Both the position numbers and the translations under genes were made by a program. The notes beneath the pieces are model-generated. The model was given only the letters and a program-made list of their open reading frames with translations. It made no database searches and was not told the origin of the DNA. A DNA stretch of 63,282 nt, the filler included, from Octopus bimaculoides (Eukaryota), in NCBI RefSeq assembly GCF_001194135.2. It is 5 parts of 4 records of this genome, joined end to end, with 100 filler letters (N's around TTAATTAATTAA, not from the genome) between each part and the next. Parts side by side here need not be neighbours in the genome. Positions count along the whole stretch, not along the records: positions 5,292 to 13,485 come from NC_068986.1; positions 13,586 to 28,912 come from NC_068982.1; 3 more parts are not named here. One strand, written 5' to 3'. Below, in pieces: positions 11,056 to 21,191 of the stretch. How positions within the stretch are numbered: the stretch's first letter is position 1; each line of letters starts with the position of its first letter.

Positions 11056-11299
11056 TACAATTAGGTTATTGTTTTATTGGCTTCTGAAGGTTCTTTAACA
11101 ATTAATTTAGGCTGGTTAATGATAATAGGTAAATAATTTACCGGAGGATTATTCTATCAAAGAGATTTTAGAACACCTCGGATGAGTATGTGCATTTGTG
11201 TGTGTGTGTATGTACTTATAATATATATGTACATACATACATATACGCACACCTACAATACACATATGCACACACTAACACGCGCAAACACACACACAC

Positions 11300-11338
<39 letters not shown>

Positions 11339-11804
11339 GAGAGACACGAAAGAGAGAGAGAGAGAGCGGTTATGTGTATGTATAAATGCCTTCCTATATG
11401 TGTGAACGTATATGTTTATGTATACATATTTGTGCATATATGTATATGCGAGCGTTTTGGGGATGTGCGCAAAGAAACAATACAATATTATTAAAAGAGA
11501 AAAATACTAAAGATTGATTAGCTTCTGTTATTGTTTTAAGACGGATGATGTTAATTACTCAAAGATTAACTTGGCAAATGATTAAGTTATAGCAGATTAG
11601 ATTTTAGTTATGAATGGCAAAGACAAACACTTGGTATCATATCAGGTTAAACAATTTAAGGATTCAACAATATGACTGGGAAGAACAGGGTATTTAAATA
11701 ATAATATGAACACCATATCCTGCAAAATCAGTGCTTTATCTATAGTGGTTACTTGGAAAGATACGGATTCTAAAATAATACAAGAATTTATTAAATGAAT
11801 AAGA

Positions 11805-11975
11805 TATGGCTGTGCGGTTAAGAAGCTTGCTTCACAACCATATTGTCTTGAGTTCAATCCCACTGAGAGGCACCATGGAAAAGTATCTTCAACTATAGCC
11901 CCGGGCCGACCGATGCCTTGTGAGCGATCCCTTTTCAGTGAATTGATTAGACAGAAACTGAAAGAAGCCCGCCGT
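11805..11975 (-). mobile_element. Short interspersed repeat (family C); copies near 21575-21735(+), 21905-22055(-), 26430-26580(+), 34000-34095(+), 35330-35475(+) and 48295-48400(-)
   Basis: Shared gggcttctttcagtttccgtctaccaaatccactcacaaggctttgg...gaagacacttgcccaaggtgcc...ggaagcaagcttcttaccacacagcc. Confidence 0.7.
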
Positions 11976-11982
11976 GTATATG

Positions 11983-12042
<60 letters not shown>

Positions 12043-12043
12043 G

Positions 12044-12645
12044 TGTGCGCTGGGTAAATTGTCACAACTTTATATTTTTTATTTCGCGCATGCGCAATCA
12101 TTGTTTCTGATTTTGTCCACTACACAGTATAGTAGGGTCAGTTGGGCACCGTCTGTGAGAAAAACACCACCATGATGCAATTCTCTCTGTCAGAAATTTG
12201 GAAACGACATGCCGTACTTCTTGGCATTCGCGCCGGAAGCTCCAATACGAACATTTCAGAGTGTTTGGGTATCAATCTGAGGACAGTGCAAGCTCAGGGC
12301 ATGTACTGAGAATTGATAAAACTCGAACAAGCAATCAACGTCATGGTGTTTGGAGTGATCACTAGTGATGGCAACGTCATGCTTCCATTCATTTTCCCAC
12401 ACGGCCGCAGACTCAACATGAAGGCCTACATTAAGTGCCCGGAGAAGATAGTGCTACCTGGGTCAAGAGGGTGGCTGCTGGAAGACCCTATGTCTGGCAA
12501 CAGGACTCTGCACCATGTCACACAAGCAAGAGAACCCAGTCGTGGCTGTCAGACAATTCCTGCGACCACATCACTTCTAGAATCTGGCCACCTAACTCCC
12601 ACACTGCAACCCCCTTGATTATTATGTGTGGGGCGCCGTTGAGCT
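12044..12645 (+). mobile_element. Internally deleted Tc1/mariner transposon, DD37D (maT-like) transposase remnant
   Basis: Frameshifted VMVFGVITSDGNVMLPFIFPHG...WVKRVAAGRPYVWQQDSAPCHTSKRTQSWLSDNSCDHITSRIWPPNS../NPLDYYVWGAVE. There are 37 residues between the last two catalytic Asp after correcting one frameshift. Confidence 0.8.
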
Positions 12646-13349
12646 TTTTTTCTTCTTTTTTTCCCCTTGTAATTAAATAGTTTATAAACAAACTGGTTAC
12701 AGTCTGAAAAATGTAGACGCTTCAAGTTATATCAGATATATTATAACTTGTAGTAGATGTATTTTATAACAGATGAATTATAAATAATAGCAAGTGTATT
12801 CCAATTATAAAAGGATGCATTTTAACGGACATGTGCCTATAAAAAAGGAGACAAAAAACGGTCTATAAAACTTACAAACGAGATCTCATTATATGCGGTT
12901 CATTTGTGTATTTAAATGTGTATGTTGCAAAACAATAATTAGGTTATATTAGGAATGTGCTACGATGTAGGAATTAATGCAGGTATAATAACTTGGTGGA
13001 TATATTTTCGAATGTGATAGAATATCTTTCCTTAGTGACGGTACTCTTCGGTTATATCCGGTAACCTTGTTGTTCGAGAAATAGACATCGATAAAATAAG
13101 TAGCAAATTAATACGTAATTAAAGGCAGTGCTCCAGAATGGTTGGAATCCAATAACTGAAAGACGTGGAAGAACAGAAGTATACAATGCAAGTATACGAC
13201 TTTAGTAAACAAACACACATATACATGTAGATATATTATATATTATATATATATTACACAAGTATATATTACATATACATATATATATATACATGCATAC
13301 AACATACATACATATATACACACACATACACATATATACATATGCAAAT

Positions 13350-13419
<70 letters not shown>

Positions 13420-13425
13420 GGATGG
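13350..13425. repeat. (GATA)n microsatellite
   Basis: Perfect run. Confidence 0.95.
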
Positions 13426-13899
13426 ATATTTCTCTGCAAACAAGCATTAAGTTCTCTTTGTGTGTGTATGGGTGAATATATATATNNNNNNNNNNNNNNN
13501 NNNNNNNNNNNNNNNNNNNNNNNNNNNNNTTAATTAATTAANNNNNNNNNNNNNNNNNNNNNNNNNNNNNNNNNNNNNNNNNNNNTTGATTTTTGGGAGA
13601 TATAATCTGTGGTCCATTCTAAGATCTGTGGTTTTCAGTTCTTCGGTTATTTTCATTTTCATAGTATCGTAATTATTAGGTTTCCCTTCGTTATTTCCAG
13701 GCTTTATATTTGTTTTGCCTTCCTTTTCATTCATATGTTTGCCTGTGGTGTTTTGGTTTGGTGCTTTTTGTACACTATTATACATCTCTACGGTCTGGGT
13801 TTGTTGTTTTTTGTTTACTTCGTTTTTGCCGGGAATGTTACGTTTGTCCTCGTGTTTTGCTATCTCAGTGTTTATATTATTATTTGGCATTGCTGTGTG

Positions 13900-13934
<35 letters not shown>

Positions 13935-13986
13935 CATCATTATTATTATTACTATTGTTGTTGTTGTTGTTGTTATTTACTTTCAG

Positions 13987-14084
13987 CATCCTCAGCTGCC
14001 CATCTTTGAGAGTGATGATCTTAAGAAACTCAGCAAAGAAATTGAACTTGCTCGAACTTACCTGTCACAGTGTATGACATACAG
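13987..14084 (+). CDS. Gene 2 internal exon (HPQLPIFESDDLKKLSKEIELARTYLSQCMTY)
   Basis: Acceptor tttactttcag (phase 0) and donor CAG|gtaaga (phase 2). Splices in frame to 15469. Confidence 0.75.
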
Positions 14085-14225
14085 GTAAGATAATAGATGT
14101 TTGTACATACCTGTCACATTGTGTGACACACAGGTGAAATAATAGATGTTTGTACATACCTGTCACATTGCATAATACACAGGTGAGATAACTCATTCAG
14201 ACTTACCTGTGACATACAGGTGAGA
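14056..14225. repeat. 49-bp palindromic minisatellite (about 3.5 units) overlapping the exon 3' end
   Basis: ACAG|GT recurs with GT at 14085, 14134, 14183 and 14220. Each unit contains ACCTGT...ACAGGT. Confidence 0.85.
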
Positions 14226-14377
14226 TAATAATTTGATCAGAGTTCTGTGACCATTTTCGTCGTTGGTCAATGGTATCGTAGAGACAGTAACTTAACAATC
14301 TCTGTTATGCCTGGGTTGTTTCCAGAAGCAAGTCCCTAGCCCCAAGTACACTTAACCACTTTTCCGCCCATGGATGA

Positions 14378-14702
14378 CTGGCACTTCATCAGTTATGATG
14401 ACAAGGGTTCCATGTCATCCAATCAACAGCCTGCTTGTGAAGCTAAAGTGAAAGTAGCTGAGCGCTCCACAGACACAAGTACCCTTAACGTAGTTCTCGG
14501 GGGAGATTCAGCGTGACACAGAGTGTGACAAGGCTGGCCCCTTTTGAATTACAGGTACAACTCATTTTTGCCAGCTGAGTGGACAGGAACAACATAAAAT
14601 AAAGTGTCTTGCTCAAGGACACAATGCACACTGTCAGGAATTGAACTCACGACCTTATAGCCATGAACCGAATACTGTAACCACTAAACCACATGCCTTT
14701 AC
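14378..14702 (-). mobile_element. tRNA-derived SINE related to family B
   Basis: Shares acccttaacgtagttctcgggg...cagcgtgacacagagtgtgacaaggctggccc with 6550-6610. Confidence 0.75.
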
Positions 14703-15468
14703 TTCCACCCATGGGTATGACACAAAGGAGAGATTATACTTTCACAGCATCTATGGAACAATATAACTGTACATATCTGGCTAAGGGTTCCTCCCTCCAG
14801 ATTTTCTGTAGGGGTTTAATCCCTTAGCCTTTTTTTAAATGATTGGTAAATTACCTCAAAAGGCAGCAGGGGTTACTCAGAATTATTCAACCTTATTACA
14901 GCCCTCGTATCTCATTGCTCATTAATGGTTTCACCTCTCCATTAACCATTAACTTCAATTCTGTATGATCAGATGTAATCCCAGCTCTTTCCTCCAAATT
15001 CTTCCTGAAGGACCAAAGTAAAAGACTCTCCATGGTTCCCAACTGTTTTTTTTTTATCAATGGACCCCTTTGGTTACTATTTTATTCTGGTGAACTCCAA
15101 AGGAAGAAACCTAGTTGTTTGTTGCAATAAATAGGGTTTCTATGAGACTTATGGCTTTTATGGGAATAAGGGCTTCTGTGGAACTTAAGGTCTTTATGGG
15201 TCTTGATCTTGCACTGCCTTTATCCCAGGTACCTTTTATGGTCATCTGACAGCCTGGTGTGATACTCTCTAGTCTCATATTCTGGTGTTATACCATCGAC
15301 CTGTGGTATCTCTGAATGAACTCTATTCATTCTTAAGAAGTTCCCTGAGTTAAGGGATCTTTCTAATTGCTTCTAAGCACAACTCTGTCTTACACTTGAA
15401 GATGCTGTCCTCCTGTGAAATATTTTTGAGTTCTCCACCTCTCTGGTTTTTTTCTTTTTTTCTTACAG

Positions 15469-15512
15469 AGACATCTACAGTGACTTTCAGAACTCCAAAC
15501 TGAAATCAACAG
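15469..15512 (+). CDS. Gene 2 small exon (RDIYSDFQNSKLKST)
   Basis: Very strong polypyrimidine acceptor tttttttcttttttttcttacag and donor CAG|gtaaaa. Its 44 nt convert phase 2 to phase 1, matching both neighbouring exons. Confidence 0.8.
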
Positions 15513-15564
15513 GTAAAAACTAGATTTGTTAACCCTCTAATCATATTGTGTCTCAAAATATTTG

Positions 15565-15860
15565 CAATCACCACCACCACCGCCACCACTGCCACCACCA
15601 CCACCGCCACCGCCATCATCATCATGACTGCTACTAACATCATTGTCACTGTCACCATCACCATCATCAGTATCATCTCCACTGCTTCCATCATCATCAT
15701 CATCATCACCATCACAATCATCATCGTCTCCATTACCATTATCGTCGTTGTCATCATCATCATCATCATCAGTAACAACAGCAGCAGTAGCAGCATCTCC
15801 ATCATCGTCATCATCATGGTCATCGTCATCATCATCATCAACATCACCATCACCTCACCT
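15565..15860. repeat. Degenerate (CAT/CAC)n trinucleotide array
   Basis: Low-complexity tract; source of the poly-Ile/Met/Ser ORFs. Confidence 0.85.
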
Positions 15861-15973
15861 TCTATCTCCGCTCATGTTAATATAGTAATATTTATCAAAG
15901 CTTAATCATGCTAACATTATACACACCTGTTGTATAACAATAATTTGATTATATTTACATTATATATACTACT

Positions 15974-16059
<86 letters not shown>

Positions 16060-16317
16060 ATTAACATAATAGGGTAAAAATTTGATATTAATTAATATCA
16101 ATTTAATACCAAGAAACTAGCACATTAAAAGAATCAGAAGGTTCAGAATAAATTTTCTGAGATCCTAAAAGGATTATAGCACTTGTGTATGTAAAAGAGG
16201 CCACTAAAGTGGACAGTTAATATGTTAGAAAAAGATCACTTAAAAAATTCTCAAAGAAAGATTCAGCGGAGCAAAACCAGGCAGGCGAGACCAGTAAAAA
16301 TTATAAATACCTCGGTT

Positions 16318-16384
16318 ATCTGTAGACCATGGTTTCAAAATCAACACTTTCTAACGAAAATATCTGTCTATCATCAGTACAGAC
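16318..16384 (-). ncRNA. Minimal type I hammerhead ribozyme motif (family 2), left arm
   Basis: Reverse complement reads GTCTGTA-CTGATGA-TAGACAGATATTTTCGTTAGAAAGTGTTGATTTT-GAAA-CCATGG-TC-TACAGAT. Confidence 0.6.
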
Positions 16385-16510
16385 GGCTAAAATTATTATA
16401 ATCGAACTAAGACTTTTGAATTTTACTCTTTATAATTGATAGAATCACGTGCACGTTTTCACTTGTTGGAGACAACTAGCACGGGATTCTGTTCGATTAT
16501 AATTTTGGCC

Positions 16511-16577
16511 GTCTGTACTGATGATAAACAGATACTTTCATTAGAAAGTGTTGATTTTGAAACCATGGTCTACAGAT
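16511..16577 (+). ncRNA. Minimal type I hammerhead ribozyme motif (family 2), right arm
   Basis: Stem I GTCTGTA (16511-16517) pairs with TACAGAT (16571-16577). CTGATGA is at 16518-16524. A long stem II includes ATACTTTC/GAAAGTGT. GAAA is at 16559-16562, the palindrome ACCATGGT forms stem III, and cleavage is predicted after GTC at 16570. Confidence 0.65.
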
Positions 16578-16717
16578 AACCAAGGTATTTATAATTTTCA
16601 CTGGTCTCGCCCACCTGGTCTTGCTCCACTGAATCTTTCTTTGAGAATTTTTTAAGTGATCTTTTTCTAGCACATTAACTGTCCACTTTAGTGGCCTCTT
16701 TTATATATATATATATC

Positions 16718-17204
16718 TTCGTACATTGGGCCTCACCGAGGCGATGACTACTGACCGAGACCTTTGGAAATGTGCTGTGCGTGAGAAGACCCGGCAAGCC
16801 AAGTAAGATCGTTGCCAGTGCCCCTGGACTGGCTCTTGTGCGGGTGGCACATAAGATGCACCATTTTGAGCGTGGCCGTTGCCAGTACCGCCTGACTGGC
16901 TTCCATAGGATTTTCGAGCGAGATCGTTGCCAGTGCCCCNNNNNNNNNNNNNNGGCACATAAAAGACACCATTTCGAGCATGGCCGTTGCCAGTATCGCC
17001 TGACTGGTTTTCGTGTGGGTGACACGTAAAAGCACCTACTACACTCTCTGAGTGGTTGGCGTTAGGAAGGGCATCCAGCTGTAGAAACTCTGCCAAATTT
17101 AGATTGGAGCCTGGTGTTGCCATCCGGTTTCACCAGTCCTCAGTCAAATCGTCCAACCCATGCTAGCATGGAAAGCGGACGTTGAACGATGATGATGATG
17201 ATGA
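16718..17204 (+). mobile_element. RTE-like LINE 3' end with 3' UTR and (GAT)n tail; related copies at about 22905-23150(-), 23270-23445(+) and 23500-23730(+)
   Basis: RTLGLTEAMTTDRDLWKCAVREKTRQAK* (stop 16804-16806) has the M..DR..W motif of RTE C-termini. The repeated 3' UTR ends in aaagcggacgttgaacgatgatgatg. Confidence 0.7.
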
Positions 17205-17268
17205 TATATATATATATATATAACTGATCTTTAAAATACTGTTTTCTCTTATTTTCTCAAATTTCTAG

Positions 17269-17873
17269 CCATGTCCTGTTTCGCTACCACATCAAGTCAG
17301 GTCAACCCTGAATCTGAAACGAAAGATACCAACACTCTCAACAAAACCACACCGGGTCCAGCCGTTCCTTGTGTGACCACACCAGGTCAAGCTGTCCTTA
17401 ATCCAGTAATACCTAGTCCACTCACACACAACGAAGTCACTCTTGGTCCAGTTATTCCTGGGGTGACCACTCCAGATCAAGCCATTCTCAATCCAGAAAT
17501 ACACCATCTAGACACACCAAAAACCCCTTCAATTCCAGCTATTCCCAGTCTTGCAACACCAGGTGATTCCGTCCTTAAACCGGTAACATCTAATCCAGTC
17601 ACACTAAATAAAGCCACATCGAGTCCAGCTGTCCTGAGTGTAACCACACCAAGTCAATCCATTCTTAATCTAGTAATACCGAGTTCAGTCTCACTCAGCA
17701 AAATGAAAGCAGGTGTAGTTACTCTCAATCCAGCCCTAACAGATGCAGTTACACCCAGGGAAGCTAAGCCACACTCAAAGGGTGACAAATACCAACAGAA
17801 CAGGGGAAGTCTCCAAGATTATATTTATGGACCAAAAACAAATCTGGGCAAATATTCCAAGATGGAGTTGTGA
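17269..17873 (+). CDS. Gene 2 terminal exon encoding a Thr/Pro/Ser/Val-rich repeat region (AMSCFATTSS...GPKTNLGKYSKMEL*)
   Basis: Acceptor ttttctcaaatttctag. G+CC gives Ala in frame with the 200-codon ORF 17271-17873, which has non-microsatellite codon usage. Confidence 0.75.
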
Positions 17874-18134
17874 GATGATGTATCCTCAACGGGATGGTCA
17901 TTTGGTGGATGCTGTGAAGTGGTATGAACTCAATGTGGTGGTCAGTCAGTGGAGAGTCATGAGATTATGCATTGTCAATGTGGTGGCTACTTGGGGAATA
18001 GACATGAGGTGATGAATCCTCAATGTGGTGGTCAGTTAGCGAAGGGTTGTGAGTTAGGGGGAGGGATAAAGATCCGCTAAGGTTTCCTCAATGTGGTGGT
18101 CAAGAATGTTGTTGCTTCGATCAACTTTAAATAC

Positions 18135-18340
18135 GCTTTCATTTGTTTCGGTCATTTGACTGAGGCCATGCTGGAGCACTGCCTTTAGTCTAGCAAATCG
18201 ACCCCAGGACTTATTCTTTGCAAGCCTAGTACATATTCTATAGGTCCCCTTTGCCGAACCGCTAAGTTACGGGGATGTCAACACACCACCATCGGTTGTC
18301 AAGCAATCTTGGGGTGACAAATACAGACACACAAACATAT

Positions 18341-18345
<5 letters not shown>
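18135..18345 (+). mobile_element. Abundant interspersed repeat (family D); copies near 18975-19200(-), 21360-21545(+), 24700-24890(-), 26260-26400(+), 33785-33980(+), 34250-34400(+) and 35100-35310(+)
   Basis: Shared gactgcggccatgctggagcaccgcc...gaccccaggacttattctt...gccgaaccgctaagttacgggga...gggacaaacacagacacac. Confidence 0.75.
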
Positions 18346-18391
<46 letters not shown>

Positions 18392-18954
18392 AACATAATT
18401 AAGGGATCAGCAAACATTTGTTTCACCATATACCGAAGTTCAGTATATATTTATTAATAAANNNNNNNNNNNNNNNNNNNNNNNNNNNNNNNNNNNNNNN
18501 NNNNNNNNNNNNNNNNNNNNNNNNNNNNNNNNNNNNNNNNNNNNNNNNNNNNNNNNNNNNNNNNNNNNNNNNNNNNNNNNNNNNNNNNNNNNNNNNNNNN
18601 NNNNNNNNNNNNNNNNNNNNNNNNNNNNNNNNNNNNNNNNNNNNNNNNNNNNNNNNNNNNNNNNNNNNNNNNNNNNNNNNNNNNNNNNNNNNNNNNNNNN
18701 NNNNNNNNNNNNNNNNNNNNNNNNNNNNNNNNNNNNNNNNNNNNNNNNNNNNNNNNNNNNNNNNNNNNNNNNNNNNNNNNNNNNNNNNNNNNNNNNNNNN
18801 NNNNNNNNNNNNNNNNNNNNNNNNNNNNNNNNNNNNNNNNNNNNNNNNNNNNNNNNNNNNNNNNNNNNNNNNNNNNNNNNNNNNNNNNNNNNNNNNNNNN
18901 NNNNNNNNNNNNNNNNNNNNNNNNNNNNNNNNNNNNNNNNNNNNNNNNNNNNNN

Positions 18955-18996
<42 letters not shown>

Positions 18997-19270
18997 GTTT
19001 GTGTATCTGTGTTTGTCCCCCCACCATCGCTTCACAACCGATGCTGGTGTGTTTATGTCCCCATAACTTAGCGGTTCGGCAAAAAGAGACTGATAGAATA
19101 AGTACCAGGCTTACAAAGAATAAGTCCTGGGGTCAATTTGCTCGACTATAAAGGCGGTGCTCCAGCATGGCCACAGCCAAATGACTGAAACAAGTAAAAG
19201 AGTAAAAGAGAGTTATTATAAAATAAAAACATACAAATTAGAAAAAAAAAAAAAATAACCAGTACAGTAC

Positions 19271-19346
19271 TGTTTCTACTTTGCAGATTTTCACCTATCG
19301 TGGAGGGTTTTGGAACGTAACACCTGCAATAGTTGAGTGATTACTG
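19271..19346 (-). mobile_element. pogo/Tigger-like terminal inverted repeat fragment
   Basis: Reverse complement reads TA-CAGTAATCACTCAACTATTGCAGGTGTTACGTTCCAAAACCC..., a CAGTA-type end flanked by TA. Confidence 0.5.
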
Positions 19347-20353
19347 TACACCTGTTCATTATATATACACACTCACACTTTATGTCTGTAACTGATAGTA
19401 ATTATTGTTTAGCCCAAGGTCAACTCAGATCAAGCAAATTTTTGATTGAAGGTGTTCAAGAAGTGATCATCCAGTGCTTTTGTACATCTAGGATCACTAG
19501 ATCTAATAATGTCTTTCCTTCCTTCTTATTCGTTTTCTGGAAAAAAAAAACTGTGAGGCTTGAGCTGCTATTTCTGGCAGTTTGATGGGTCATGTAGATG
19601 CTCCCTGTTGGCTGGGTTTGCTGTCCAAGGGATCTTATTAGGGCTGAAGGTAGAAGCATAGAAAACATCATAGCTGTGAGGTGTGGGTTCAATGTGGTGG
19701 TCATTTGACAGAGAGTTGGTAGGTAAGGTGAGAGCTTCATAGGGTGGTCCTTTGGGGGAGGGTTGTGAGGTAATATGGGCTCAATGTGGTGGTCAGTTGG
19801 TGAAGGGAGGTCAAGTCATATATTCTTGATAAAGTGGTCAGTTGGTAGAGAGTTGAAAGATAAGGGACACTCTAGATGGTCACTTCACTCAATCTGCTAG
19901 AAATAGAAGCCAAAACCTCCCTGAAATCATACCCTACTATCTTTTATCAAATAAAAAAAAAGGTACTCATTGGATGTGTTCTTGGATGTCCTTAGAAAGA
20001 CAGGATAAGGTTAGCTAGAAAGCCTCTGACCATCGGCCTGCTTGTTCTAGGTCAGCCTGAAGCTAAACAACATTGCCATTGTAATTCAACAGAACCGGCT
20101 CACTGCTTCATCACAAGGTGGACCAGACCATGAAACGCCAGTGCCCTCTGGATGTCTATTTATACAAAGGTGGCTAACTGCCTACATTTTACAGACAATA
20201 CTCCCATCCGTCTTGATTTTAATAAAGCGTTAAATGAAACAAAAATTATTTTAAGAAGAAACAAACAAATGTAATTTATTATTTTGAAAATGGTGAATGT
20301 CTCTTTTTTTTTTTAAATTTTTATTAAATTTGATCTGTAACCCCACCAACACC

Positions 20354-20384
<31 letters not shown>

Positions 20385-20963
20385 CCACCGCCATCGAAAC
20401 CACCATCACCACTGCCACCGCCATCACCACCACCACCACCACCACCGCCGCTGCCACCACCACCACCACCACTACCACTACACCTCCTCTTGTGAAACCT
20501 CAGAACATTTTTTGGAAATGTCTTTAAATCAGGATAAAGTCAGATAATATAACACTTGTAACCTTGATTAGAACTGGGAAAAGCAAAAGACAGGATGGTC
20601 AAGGAAGGAATGTCTTCAGTCATGGGATCGACAGCAAATTATTTTACATGAATTCATTATGAAGGAAGCTGACTTAAGTCAGAGGATGAACAGTGTGTAA
20701 AAACAACAAAATAATGGGTTAATTAATAAATTCCTCATGTCCCTAATATAGAATTGTTCTGGTGTAATAACGACAAAGTTATTTGATGAAATTCTTCACT
20801 ATTTTCAAAACTAACTGCAATGGAAACAGTGTATATTAATAGAAAAATGGTAAAAAAAAGATTAAATTTGTCGTATTTGTATAACTTGAACTTACTAACA
20901 TTCATAATTAAAAGAAATAAAATCTACAGAGTAATGTTTGTTTGTCTGTTTGTTGTTATTATA

Positions 20964-21191
20964 CAGGGTTTTCAAAAAATCTCTCCGCAGCAAATGTTTT
21001 CTCTCAAGATATATTTCAAAACCTGTGTAGAAGAGTCAGCTTATGTATTGAAAATGAAGGACAACACTTTCATCACCTTTTATAAAGTCTTGTAAAGAGT
21101 CTAATATATTCTTTTGTTGTCTTTTTACCATCTTAGAAATATTTATTTTGCAATAAAACACTTACTGCGGAGAGATTTTTTGAACATCCTG
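20964..21191. mobile_element. Tc1/mariner MITE with TIRs of about 28 bp and TA target duplication
   Basis: CAGGGTTTTCAAAAAATCTCTCCGCAG versus the reverse complement of the end, CAGGATGTTCAAAAAATCTCTCCGCAG. An internal remnant RRVSLCIENEGQHF matches transposase C-termini. Confidence 0.8.

Larger units (their letters stand above)
16192..16703. mobile_element. Long inverted repeat (arms about 16192-16407 and 16491-16703), probably an inverted Penelope-like pseudo-LTR pair
   Basis: The arms are reverse complements with scattered mismatches around a spacer of about 83 bp. Each arm contains a hammerhead motif. Confidence 0.75.

Noticed and set aside
14085-14225. CRISPR-like array
   Set aside because: The context is eukaryotic, the units are adjacent with no unique spacers, and there are no cas genes. 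It is a minisatellite.
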